From Balanoglossus misakiensis (Eukaryota > Animalia > Hemichordata): a stretch of DNA of 64,000 bases. Shown piece after piece: positions 52,401-64,000 of the stretch. The notes beneath the pieces were generated by a model. It was not told the DNA's origin, ran no database searches, and saw only the letters and a program-made list of their open reading frames with translations. Position 1 is the first letter of the stretch; each line of letters opens with the position of its first letter. Where the stretch lies: positions 1,674,001 to 1,738,000 of the forward strand of contig CM082598.2 of NCBI GenBank assembly GCA_040954595.2. Reading direction: 5' to 3'. A program made the translations under genes and the position numbers.

Positions 52401-54843
52401 TCTGACTTCAGATTAAACTCAAGAGAAAAGTCTGACTCAGGGGTTATTATTTTTTTGAAGGACTTTCTTGTCGACTTTGGAGCTAAATGGGTGATTCTCT
52501 GTTCCTCATTATCATTATGTGAGATATTGCCAATGCCAGCTGCAACCTATGAAAGCAATAAGAGAATCATCCCGGAAGAGTCATATCTGCAAGTTCCTGA
52601 TTCACTAAAGCCATCTGGAATGTTTATTAGCCCCGAAAGATTTTCAGGGAAATCGTAGAGCTTGTAAACACTAGTGTCCCATGTCTGGACAAGCATGCAA
52701 GTGATTGGGTTGGTTTCTTATTTCGAACCAATTATGCTCTTTAGTCTTACCAATTGCAAGAAGTTTTGCATGAGTTTCCAATTTCTTGAAATCTGTTCTC
52801 GTGTAGTGCATTGACTCAATTTAGTTCTAAGAATTGAACAATGCAACAACACATTGTACCGTTCTCTTATTTGAGTGGCATTTCTAGAACTAGTCGTTCG
52901 GAAGAAGTGGCTGGCTACATCCCCTTGCCTATTTTGAAGTTCTCGTCAATATCGATAACTATACTCCCCTGTAAAAATAATAAATTATTCTCCTTTGTAG
53001 CGGAGTTTCCACACGATCTCATGCAGACCGACTACAAAACGTGTCTCCGCGTAAACTAGGCAATAATTTGATCCTGCAAATGTCAGACCCCACTGAATAA
53101 CTATGACAACCGATTGAAACGATCCGATTTCTCCTACCATAATCTTCCAAGAGAAGAGAAAATTACAGTCATTCTATACACTCAGTATGAGTGAACATTA
53201 GTGCCGTATTTGTAAAGGTACTGAAACTCCTTTTATAGTGGAGCTGGTTAAATTATTCAAGCCAAGTCTATTTATCTGACAATCTTCTTCAAAATTCAAG
53301 AACCAAACTCGCTCTGTTAACTGATGGCGAAGAAGGAGTATTTCAATTGTCTCGGGGAGAACTCTACAGTGTTCACCTCAGTGACTCCATTTTGGGCCTT
53401 GCTTCGGTTGCCAGGCAACGCACAAGAAGCCCTGAGCAGAACTTAACGAGGCAACTGGCAGGCCTAGATAACGATGATGATATATAATCATTTGAAGTTC
53501 ATTTTTTATGTCTTTGATGGGCTCGACCCGGTGACAGCTGTGTGAAGATGACGTTGGTCGATCGTCCGTACCAGGCCTATACTGAGTATACCTCGCAGGC
53601 CTGTGCAGTTCAGGTTTCTTGCGTTCCCAACACCCCGGCGAAATGAGGTCACGCATGACGTTCACACCACGCATCAGGATTTCATATACGATTTACGCGA
53701 CCAGCTGATACTCGCAGGAATTCGGGAGTTCCTAACTACATGTTAAACCGTTAAATAGTGACACAGGGCGGTCACTGTGACCGATAGGCCTGTTTTTTTT
53801 ACTGAGGTCAGGTCAACTGCCGTCGTTCCGTGTATGAGGCTAATATTACACACCCTAAGAGAACGCTTACAAATACTGTTTAAACTTGGGTGCATTTGCA
53901 GCGCCAAAACTGCAAATTACGTGTGTATGTTGGCACTGCCGTGATGAACTTATACACACCCTTTGATTGGCCCAATATTGTTTGATGAAATTCTCCCCGA
54001 ACATGTCAGCCATCGACCCCTGACTTGTCCAGTCAAGTATAAATAAGTTGAATTCATCGCAGCTACAAGTGTAAATAACGACGTAGACAATCCTTTTATT
54101 CAAGTGACTCTAGTCCTGTGATCTCATGTCTGCAATCTTAACAAACTTTCAATCCTTTCGCGGTTTTACTTCGTTTGCGTGAATGCCGTCCCCCATTTCG
54201 TCAACCTTTAGACTTTTGAAGTTGTTTACGCCGAGAGTCGAAATAAGTAACGCCTTAACAGCTTTTAGAGTTACGAGAAAGCCTGTTGATAGCTCCTTGA
54301 GTCGGCACTGAAGAGCTGGGGAACTGTTTTTGAAAAGCCTGTGCACCCTGTTTCGTTGCGAAACCCTTTGACACCACAAGTGCAGGCTATGTCACTTCCA
54401 AAGTAACAAAAACACGCACACTCAAAGCAAGTTGTACTTGTTGATGTTCTATATATATAACAGTGCTTGTAAAGAATTTCAACCAAATATTTCATTCGTG
54501 TTTTTTCATGTCTGTGGACGAAATTCGCGTTGTCAGACATGTATCTACATATAACAGCAACCTTCACATCCCATTCTTAACCACACACTCTATTGTCAGT
54601 ATCATTATATCACCGCTTTACAATTTCTGCCTCAGGGCTTGGGATCTAATTAACTAAGCGCAAAAAAGGTTGCCTCTGTTTAACAACAGGAAAAATCTGT
54701 ATAGAAAACAGACAGTGGTATTATTGATGTCCAGTGGAGTAAACATTGCACTCACCAGATTTCCCGACACCGTCTTTACCGAGGACTAAAATCTTACACT
54801 CTTTGCTTCCGTTCTGTCGTATCTTCGGCGGCGAATACGCCAT
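40448..54843 (-). CDS. RERG/RASL11/RASL12-family small Ras-like GTPase
   Basis: Exons 54843-54756 (MAYSPPK..KILVLGKDGVGKS, G1), 44050-43994 (AIVVRYLTKRFIGDYDPTL), 41353-41277 (..LLDTAGDF, G3), 40864-40448 (KWADAMIFTYSVTD..LANKCDL..EVSA). No CAAX box; 10.7-kb first intron. Confidence 0.92.
44197..44248. repeat. Short direct duplication (29-bp period)
   Basis: CGACTTAAAACC(G/A)ACATCACGTC at 44197 and 44226. Confidence 0.8.
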
Positions 54844-57800
54844 TACTGAACCGGGCGTTTCGACGGCTCAGACTTCGGAGGGTTTCTCGCTAAAATACAG
54901 AAGGACTACACTAACCGGGCCGTGTGTGTTGTTGATTGTCGGAGACCACTCGCAGCTATATGGCGGACGTTCATACTAAGAACTCTGAGACCAGACTGTG
55001 CATTTATCGAGTTACTCAGGAAGTCGTGGCTCTCGCATCTAGGGGGCACCTGTCCCAGTTTGCGAGCTGTACTCCCGGCTCTTCCAACAGTGCGCCACCC
55101 TCCCTCGTTCTTGTAAACGGTTGTCATGGGTAATAGCGCAGTGACGTGTTACTGTCCTTATACGAAATTGCTGATAATTTGGTAATTTTACTCAATTTGC
55201 TTTGATTGAGACTAATGAGTCGCTTGTTTATCGAGGCAGCGGTTATGCTGTTCGCAAACGCGTCATCAAAATTTTGCTCTTACATGTACGTTCTTAATTT
55301 CAGCCCAAGTCAATAGCATTTGCATTTTTGTCAATCCACTCCATATCTTTTCACATAATTTATTTCATAACATGTTGTTTTCAGGCCAATCACTTACTGC
55401 AGATTTTGATGAAGAAAAATATTCGTTCATATTACAGCTTGTTGAATGTTTGTTTTTAATTAGGGTACGTGCAGAGCTCTATAGAGACTTTTCTGTGATG
55501 TATGCAATATGATATTTTTTGTACGTATTCAAAATTATAGAGCCATTTTCTATGATTAAAAAAACAAGCAGGTTGACATTTCTTGGAAAGTGATATGATA
55601 TGAGAGAAAATATGTTCAAAAATAAATTATCTGAATGAAATAAAAAAATACAGATTACAAGGAGTTTGTTTCTGTCTGTATCTATGTATGTACGTATGTG
55701 TGCGTCATGTGTGCATACGTGTATGAGACAGACATGATAAGTATTATTAGCCATAATTCATTTAAGCCAAGTTTGAAGATATCAGACTTGTTGACAGCCT
55801 AGGAGAGACCTTGACAACAGTACCTACGCACCCAATTACAACATATTTCTTGCCTTTCTGTTAACACAATAATAGTCCAAATGCGAGATTGCCAAGAAGC
55901 GAGATCGTGGATCGCAAAAATGCGAACTACGTCAAACATCTTCTCTAATAGAACGTTTGTTTATGCTTTACATGCATCACGAAGATAAACACAAAAGTCT
56001 TTGCATTGTTACTGAATATTTGTTGACCATTCGACAATCTTGAATTGTAATGTTTACATTATTACACAGTTGTTTATCACATGCAGTTGAACTCCAACCC
56101 ATTAAACTGGAAAAACATATGAATACAACAACAATAATTTTCGATATTGACCTTAAAAAAACTAATAACCGAAAACAATGTAAAAGTGTAGGGCTTCATC
56201 CCTTTAATAACCATCGTGGTCACGACAAGTCAGAATTAGCCTAATGAGCGATGTAGAAGTGACAGGCTTTGCAAGGTTGATTAATGAGCCCACAACAAAA
56301 ACACCATGGCCGTGATGTTTGTTTTGTGGTGTAATTCTGCATGTACTGTTCGTTTTAATATTTGTCATTCTGACTAACGATAATATATTTACTATAATGA
56401 GGTTAACTGTTGAGTTGCAAATCACTAACAATTTTCCAGAGTCTCTGGTTTGGCACATGCGCATAAGACAATCGTCGCCCTTTAACCAACTGTGCCTTCG
56501 GTTGAAAAATACTTATGACATTGAAATGACATTTCTCCAAAACCAAATAACGTATTTTTGACAACAATTTGGCCCTCATGATTGGACACAGCTTTCAATT
56601 ATTGAGAAATCGTACAAAATCTGGCATCTGAAGTGAACATGTCAAGGCAATTACAGTAGATATCGTCTTGAGCCTGGGAGAAAGGTTCAGTCTTACCTAA
56701 TTGTTTGCCTATAGATAAGAATTCTTCAAGTATTCTGCTGAAGGAGGCGAATCCGCAGAATAAACGTCACGATCATTATTGATAGACGTCACCGCCTCCG
56801 TCAGTTTTCTGTTAACGATTCGTTTAAATTATTCATATTCATGGAGACGACAGTGATATTAATAGCATTTTATCTTCTCTTTATTGATATATCATTCGCA
56901 ACATTCATTCATTCATGTCAAGCCTTTGTTCTTCGTGTCGTGACGCATATTCTCGGACAATTTCCCAGATGCTGCGATGGCCAAACAAACAATTTTAATA
57001 CACAACGATGCCTGTCTTTGCCAGAGATGAAATTGTAGTATGTCGAGTCTTCCTGAATCAAACCTTACAACATTGGAAGCCACTGATTGTGCCCTCAGAG
57101 AGAAGCTTATGAAGCATGATTGTTTGCAATGCAAAGGGGAATTTACGTCATCTGAAATTTTTTCCGTGTCTGGGGCAGAGATGCTGTCCCCCTGAGACGG
57201 AGCAGACTTTTAATGGAATGTGTACGTACTTAGAAGCAACATGCGAAATCACGAAATATCAAGGAGTAGGATGAAAAATGGAATTGGCACAAGGTCAATT
57301 CCTATGAATTTTGATGGATGGATGGATGAATGGACATGGATCCAATCGGGGGAGACTGACGCAGATTGAAATTTTCGACAGCTAAACCTTGAGTGTAGTC
57401 TCTGTGTCTGGACGTGAGGGCTGATCTTATTGTAGGAAAAGCCAGCGAAGATCAAATGCCAGTGTTGAAATGTAAACTACATGAAATTAATTGAACGATG
57501 TTGCAAAGAAGATTAAGAGCCGATTTAATGAAAGAAAAGCAAAGAAGGTCATGCTTCTTGGCCTGGAGGTGCTCAGAAGATTGTTTCCACAAGAACGCTT
57601 GTCAAGAAATTTATCACCAAAATTATGACTGCATTTGAACATTATACGCTTGGTGGGACTTTAAAGATTTGAGATGAGATTGAACCTGAAGCTTAGTGAA
57701 ACCAGACAGTAATGTCAACTGGGTATAATTATTAAGACTTATTTGCCTTCAGGGTCGGATACTAGATCCTTCCATTCCGCATGGAGGGGGTGGGGGGGGG

Positions 57801-59454
57801 GGGGGGGGGGGGAGAAAAATGGCAACCGTATCAAATTCGATGGTATTGCCCCGGTCTTCGATTACAGTGAATCGTTAGAGCCTGCAGCCGCAAGGGAATC
57901 ATTAAAATGCAACTGGTTGCGTTTTGTGCCAGGGTCGAAAGATCAGATCTTGTTATTTGCCGTCGTTTGCATGGATTATTTAAAGGAGAGCAATTGTGAC
58001 AAGGTACATGCGTGTTTATTTGTTTGGGGTTTGTGACACTGGAATGACTGAAGATGATGGATTGGAACTGCAAACCCCGAGAGAATGGTCGCTTTCCCAA
58101 CTTCGTTTCCGCGAGTGATGTATCACTACTTCGGGACAAACTCAGAAAGTAGAGAAAAGAACCTGACTACCAAGTCATCACCCTCGTCACTTCAATCATA
58201 ATTAATACATACACATACGCATGAAATCAAAGCATCCATGCTTTTCTTTACATAAACATGCTACCAACCCCCTGTATCACTTTCCTTTCCTTTGAGAACA
58301 CGCAACTCTCCATATCCGCCTATCTGTCTGTCTGTCTGCATATTTATTGACCAAATGCAGTTGTGACACGTGAATGCAAATATTATACTTTCCGGTAATA
58401 TGGAAACATCATTTGAGATATCCAATAATCCGCTTATCTTCAACTCGTGGCCTTCGTTCGACTTGTTTGAAAGATAAAAGCATCTTTGAAGATGTCAAGA
58501 AGAATCATGTTCCCTTGAATTGCTATAATGTTAAGAAGAACGGATGTCTATGGTGCGAGTTCTTGGAATACGCATGTTTATCAAGCCTAGTATTCTTAAC
58601 CCAATGGCCGTGACCAGGTCGGTGTAGTTGTCGACCAATGACGACATTTTGCAAATCTTATAAAAATTCCATGGAAACACAGCAGCCTGAAGAGAATTGA
58701 AGACAACCTTTGTGTTTATACTCATCCCCGTCTATTCAATACGGTTTGCGCTATCGCCATGGAGACTGTCATCGATAACCGTCGCACTCTTCCTGACAAA
58801 AGAATACCGTTCTTCTCCTTGACAATGATGATCCATGCGAGAAAATCATCCAAGCAAGCATGATTTTCACCAAAGAGTTTTAATGCAGCAAAAAACACAT
58901 GATAAGAATTTCTGCACAGGATACATGGGACACTCGTATTTTATTTGCTTGTCAATGTAAATCTTACAAAATCGACGTTCGTGTCGTTCAATAATCAATA
59001 GAGTCTGAATTTCTTTTAATTTCTACAATTACAAATCAAAATACCCAGATGGACACCTGTAAAATTAGTAATAATTACAATAATTAACCTGATTGGTGTC
59101 ATAAATGATCAGCTACGAAGTTATAATGCATTGCACACTACTAACGGCACACTCAAATTCAATATTGAAATGATGAGTTTGTCAGGGTTGACAGTATTGC
59201 TGGCCTGTATGACCGTAGGGGTCGTTCAAGGAGATAAGTGCCATCTGCTCTCAAAACACGTTATATACATTTTGTCATTCGAACCGACATATATACAAAC
59301 TAGAACTTTTGAAAATTGAGATGAAATACGTCTTCGGTAGTTAATAATACACCTCATCGCATCTGTGCAAACCGAACAGATACGTAACATACATGTGAGC
59401 CCCCTTAGGGTCGAGGTCTCGACACAGCGAGTTTCCGGAAGACCGCGACAGTTG

Positions 59455-60467
59455 TTATTTAATGTGTATGTTCGAAAACATCCTGTCCAACAATGAGGAT
59501 CGCGACGACTTCCGTCGCAATTTGATTTCTTGATAGAGTTCATAAAACGCGTGTCTGATGACATCATAGTCCTCTGCTGCTGATACTTCGCAATAGAAAC
59601 ATCCAAGTTCTTTTGCAAGGTTTTCACCTGGTGAGGGAAAAAACAAGACAAAACATTTGAACTTAATTTACAACAAATATTGCATTCTTTAACTACAAAT
59701 TACACAATAAGTGTCGGTCAATCAATGGGGTGTATGTAGACGGAACAAGAGATCGAATTGATGAAGAATTACCTTCCTGTGTGGTGACTTTCCGACTGTG
59801 TGACAAGTCTCGTTTATTTGCTAGCACGATAAACTCGCTCAGAGAGTGTTTCTTGCAGTCCTCAATCTGTTCCCGCCAAGATTGTATCGTCCAATAACTG
59901 TAAGGATCCGTCACTGAATACACCAAACATATCCCATCAGCCCATTTGATGATGTCATTGCTCAGTGTCTTCTGTGCATGTAACATGAATAATTAAGTTT
60001 AAAATTGGTGAAATATACTCCCTTGGAGAGATAGATACACCCCCCCCCCTTCAAATTGTGTCGCATGTGACAATGGTAGTTATACGGTACACTTAAGGTT
60101 GATAAAATTGAACTGACATTTGCAAATATTTGTGTGTGTAGCCCATGAAACAGTTCTGTTGGCAAACTCACCTCACTTTTGCTATCCAAAATTTCAATGT
60201 GTATAATTTCTTCGCCAAACGTCACCATATGTCGGTATCTGTAATCTAGTAAACGAACGATGAATTACTCACTTGATAAACAATCCAGTTAGTAACCCTA
60301 AGCACAAACATGGCACTAATGTACGAGCGTTCGGAACTGGCGATCTTGTGTTCAGTACATATCTGACAAAAATTAAATAGCACTAAAAATCACAAAGTTT
60401 CTGTACATACCTGATGAGTTTTCATATTCGCCAATAAACCTCTTCGTCAGGTATCTGACTGTGATGG
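59455..60467 (-). CDS. RERG-like (RERGL-type) small GTPase; the exon with the P-loop was not found in the window
   Basis: Exons 60467-60411 (AITVRYLTKRFIGEYENSS), 60245-60172 (..IEILDSKSE), 59971-59773 (IKWADGICLVYSVTD..LANKRDL), 59627-59455 (YCEVSAAED..FYELY..SNIHIK*). Confidence 0.88.
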
Positions 60468-63400
60468 CTGTATAAGAAAGAAAATGAGACTGTCAGATTA
60501 ATATTAAACATAAATGTGTGAAAACGAAATCATGGCAAAACAAAGGAACCAGAACAAAATAAACATTGAGGGCGCTTATCCATAAACCTTAATCAAGCAA
60601 CATTGTCAGTTGGATTCTCAAATGTGATGTCGAGCAAGTACGTGAGTCAATCAGAACCCCTCGGGTGTATTCCGGCGCAAATTCCTCGACTGTTTATCAC
60701 GTTTCCTCTCACAAAGAAACCTTTTCCCCATTTTCTTCAAATAAAACAAGCGTGTAGCGCCCCGCATCGTTTTTGTGTCCGGATAAAGCATGCCTTGCTA
60801 CCCGGCCCCGCTGACTGAGTTGAAAGTCGATATCTTCTCTGAATGACCTATCGAACTATGTTGGCCCTGGTTAGCTGGGATCACACTAATCAATAAACCC
60901 ATTGATTTGCTGTGATCCTAATATGATAAACTGACCTCCCCTTCTTAGGTAATTAGCAGACAAGACGTGCCTAAAATCCAAATCATACACCGCCATCTTT
61001 CTCGCTAATATTGTCAGTTGACTGAATTCTGGGTTATTCTACCGTAAATATATGTATCATCACAGCTTCCGGTCTCATTCAAGCTGCAAAATTTTACTCA
61101 ATAACAAGTCTTGTTGATCATAAAATCTCTACAATTAATCTTTTCCATGGGTTGTTTATAAATTTGTGGATTATCCCAACAAAATTTAAATATACAATTT
61201 TAAATATACACCAAAACAAAAATTGAAAAGTAATTGTACCAGAAAAACTGTGGACATGAAGCATGTAAAAATGTGTGTTCTCTGTCATTGACCTGATGGA
61301 GGTCAAACTATGCACACGGGACTGTAGACAGCTTACCCATATGTCATACCACATCTCCAGTTTCATTTGATATTTTTAAACATCCACAGCTGGAAAAGCA
61401 GAGTGCAAATCTGGGGTCATCAAGTTTCCATGGTTCTCTTCTGTCAATATGGGAAAAGCCTTTAGTGGACGATGAAACACCGAAAATCTGCCTGCGGAAT
61501 GATCTATTGCGCTTTTCCGGGAAAAACCAGTTTGTGACATCATCTCGTTTTAATGTTTAACCCCCAACACCCAAGTTGAGCGCAAAACCAGCAGCAGGGC
61601 AATCATATGTTGTCTGTATTATGCCTCGGTGGCACATTTTGCCATCCACTGAAGAAATAACATTCCACTGGACAAAACGCCAGCCCCACATATCAGGTCA
61701 AAAGCCAGCCCTATGGTCAACAAAACAGATTTAACGGCACAACAAGGAAACAGTTGGTAATTAATAAGGCAATTTCCCCTAGGCAAGACTACACTGCAAA
61801 CATCTTGATTCTGGTATACTCACGAATCTCAAAACAACATTAACCAATTTCTCATGTGTTCTTTTCCCTGAGGATAAGAAGGCATGCAGATAAATTTTTA
61901 TACATGTCATACTTCCGTTTCCCTCTCCGTAAAGGTTTTATTTCTTCATTTTGTATTGAATATGAGTTGATAGACAGATACATGTATTTCAGTGAATACA
62001 GTTTGGACTAGTGCTTCATTTATGCTCATTTAACTGAAAATTCGCATGATTTTTGTTCTCGCATAGCGTGCAAGTGCCGCGAGAAAGAGCGAGAGTACAA
62101 TAGAGCAGTTTCTCTAGTGAAGCAAAGTGTTCAGAAAACAGTGATTTTTATCACTGTTATATTTGTATCCCATTGCGATAAATTACTGATAAACGCAAGT
62201 CAGTCATGTAATTTTATTGTGGACTGCCACACGAATGCTTCTTTTATTGGACTAGTTATAGCCTCATACAGCTAAAGTCCATATGGCAACGACTCGACAA
62301 TTAAAACAAGTTTCCCAGAAGTTCCATTGCCAGCAAGCGTGTGATTTTCAATGGTTTATTTTTGCTTGGCAGGACAGAAAATGCTCTCTATTTTCGCTGA
62401 GAAAACAAGCTTTCCTCCCAGCGCCTCGTAAAGCGCACTGGGATTATTTTGAAAATGAAATGCCTGACCCACATCTGGTGTGTGGGGTCTGCTCTATAAC
62501 CTTGAGACTATCTCCACGCTTGAAGAATCATCTCTGCTTGCGTTCATTCAGGTTGTTATTTTGGTATCGTTTACGACTACGAGAAAGCTTTTTACATTGT
62601 TAAACCTCAGTTTTTATTGCCAGAGATCTGGAACTGCATTGAATGTGGACAAATATGGACAAATTCCAGGGCACAAAGTGGGTATTCGAACGGTAAAATC
62701 AACGAAGGCAATATAATTCTCTCATGCAAGACACAGGCAGACTTGTCTGATTCGGGTTTAGTAGTCAAATTATCAGTATTGAATAACACCAGTATCAGTA
62801 CCCGACTATGAAATCCTCTTAAGTGCCAATTAAGTTGGCTAACCACTATCTGTAAAACTTTATGTGGGTCAAATCGACTGATTCCGAGCCTTTACCAAGA
62901 GAAGTGTTTGAATGGAAAACTGTCACCAAAAATCTGAGAACAGTTTTCAATCTTGAGACAATCGCTTGACGTTATACCAAATATGACCAGAAATTTCTGG
63001 TGGTGGAATCCCGCCCAAACTATCACACATGCAGGTGTCGTCAACGATTGCTACCTGACGGGGCCCTCTGCAAAAAAATTCCTGGTTTGATACCATGCGA
63101 GCAAGACAGATGGACGACACTGTGCAGAGTGCAACGATGTTGAATTAGTTTGCCACGCTTCAAGTTCGCAGTTAATTTGTGTGCGTCGAATAATTGATTT
63201 CTCGGCCACCCTGTAACTATTTGTCTTCTTCAAGTGTCCCTGAAAGTGCAACGATCCCTTTGGTACCTCCATCAAAGTCTGCAAAATGCGTTAATTGAAA
63301 GTGCGACTCATTTGTGAGGAAGACAGAATCAGGCCATGGTGTACTGTCAGGCTATAGTTGCCGGGACCAAATGTTCAAGCAAGGCAAACAAGTTCGAAGG

Positions 63401-64000
63401 CAAATTCATCGGATCAACAACACCACAAAACTCACTTCAAAACAGCTACAAGTATATCCTCAGAGTGTATACACTTAGCTCTAAATCCGATTGAGATTCC
63501 AAGTGTCTCCGTTCAATTGAGTCGAGTGTACACTAATACTTGTAGTTATTTCTGTAGTACTTGTACAACTTAACGTATCACGCACATCCGTTCTTAGAAT
63601 GGAGACGATGAGGTGGTCATTGTGTTGACTGACAGGTGCGTAGAAGGGGATTGATGAAATGACATTCTCACCATTGTAATACTGTGTTAGCAGCAAACAT
63701 GACAAGTTTCTACAAATACGAGTTCGTGTTCAGGTCGAAACGGTTAGCAAACACAGTGAAAACGTTTGTGTCGCACCGTGCATTGGGCGGTCATTTTTGT
63801 TCGCAATACAATGGATTAGCTTCAAATACATAGACACACCTGATGTGTCAATAAGACACAGATGCCCAAAGGAATATAATAAGAAGCAGCGTCCCTTGCA
63901 TTTCAACAACATTTTTATTACTTTTACGTCGTTAAAGGGCTGGTATGGGCAGGGCAGAAAAAGGCAAAATTCATCGATGGTTGCCAGCACAACAAACCCA

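Noticed and set aside
44051-54755. Nested genes in the 10.7-kb GTPase intron (short ORFs in the track)
   Set aside because: No domain motifs or splice-consistent chains found; consistent with random ORFs.
57785-57812. Poly-G run as a G-quadruplex element
   Set aside because: Simple homopolymer; similar runs occur elsewhere (about 39870, 34145) with no functional context.
60468-64000. First (P-loop) exon of the second GTPase
   Set aside because: No GxxxxGK(S/T)-coding exon with a phase-1 donor was found; probably outside the window.

Overview
AT-rich, intron-containing animal genomic DNA. The gene content suggests an invertebrate deuterostome such as a hemichordate or amphioxus-like animal (inference only). 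Twelve spliced protein-coding genes were reconstructed by hand. Positions 1-25.7 kb form a dense island of nine predicted secreted proteins: four divergent F-type-lectin (fucolectin)-fold genes, one with a Pro-rich/PTVGEVG repeat stalk; an arylsulfatase B-like gene in their middle; two adjacent genes that share a homologous coiled-coil-CxC first exon spliced to unrelated heads (a Link module versus an intronless tandem LamG-like pair); and two tandem small Cys-loop peptide precursors with conserved non-coding flanks but diverged mature peptides. The rest holds transportin-3 (TNPO3) and two tandem RERG-family small GTPases. Small non-autonomous transposon families are present (hairpin MITE with 9-bp TSD; TTAA/piggyBac-type MITE). 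No prokaryotic systems, rRNA, tRNA or CRISPR were seen. All coordinates were read by eye and may be off by a few bases.
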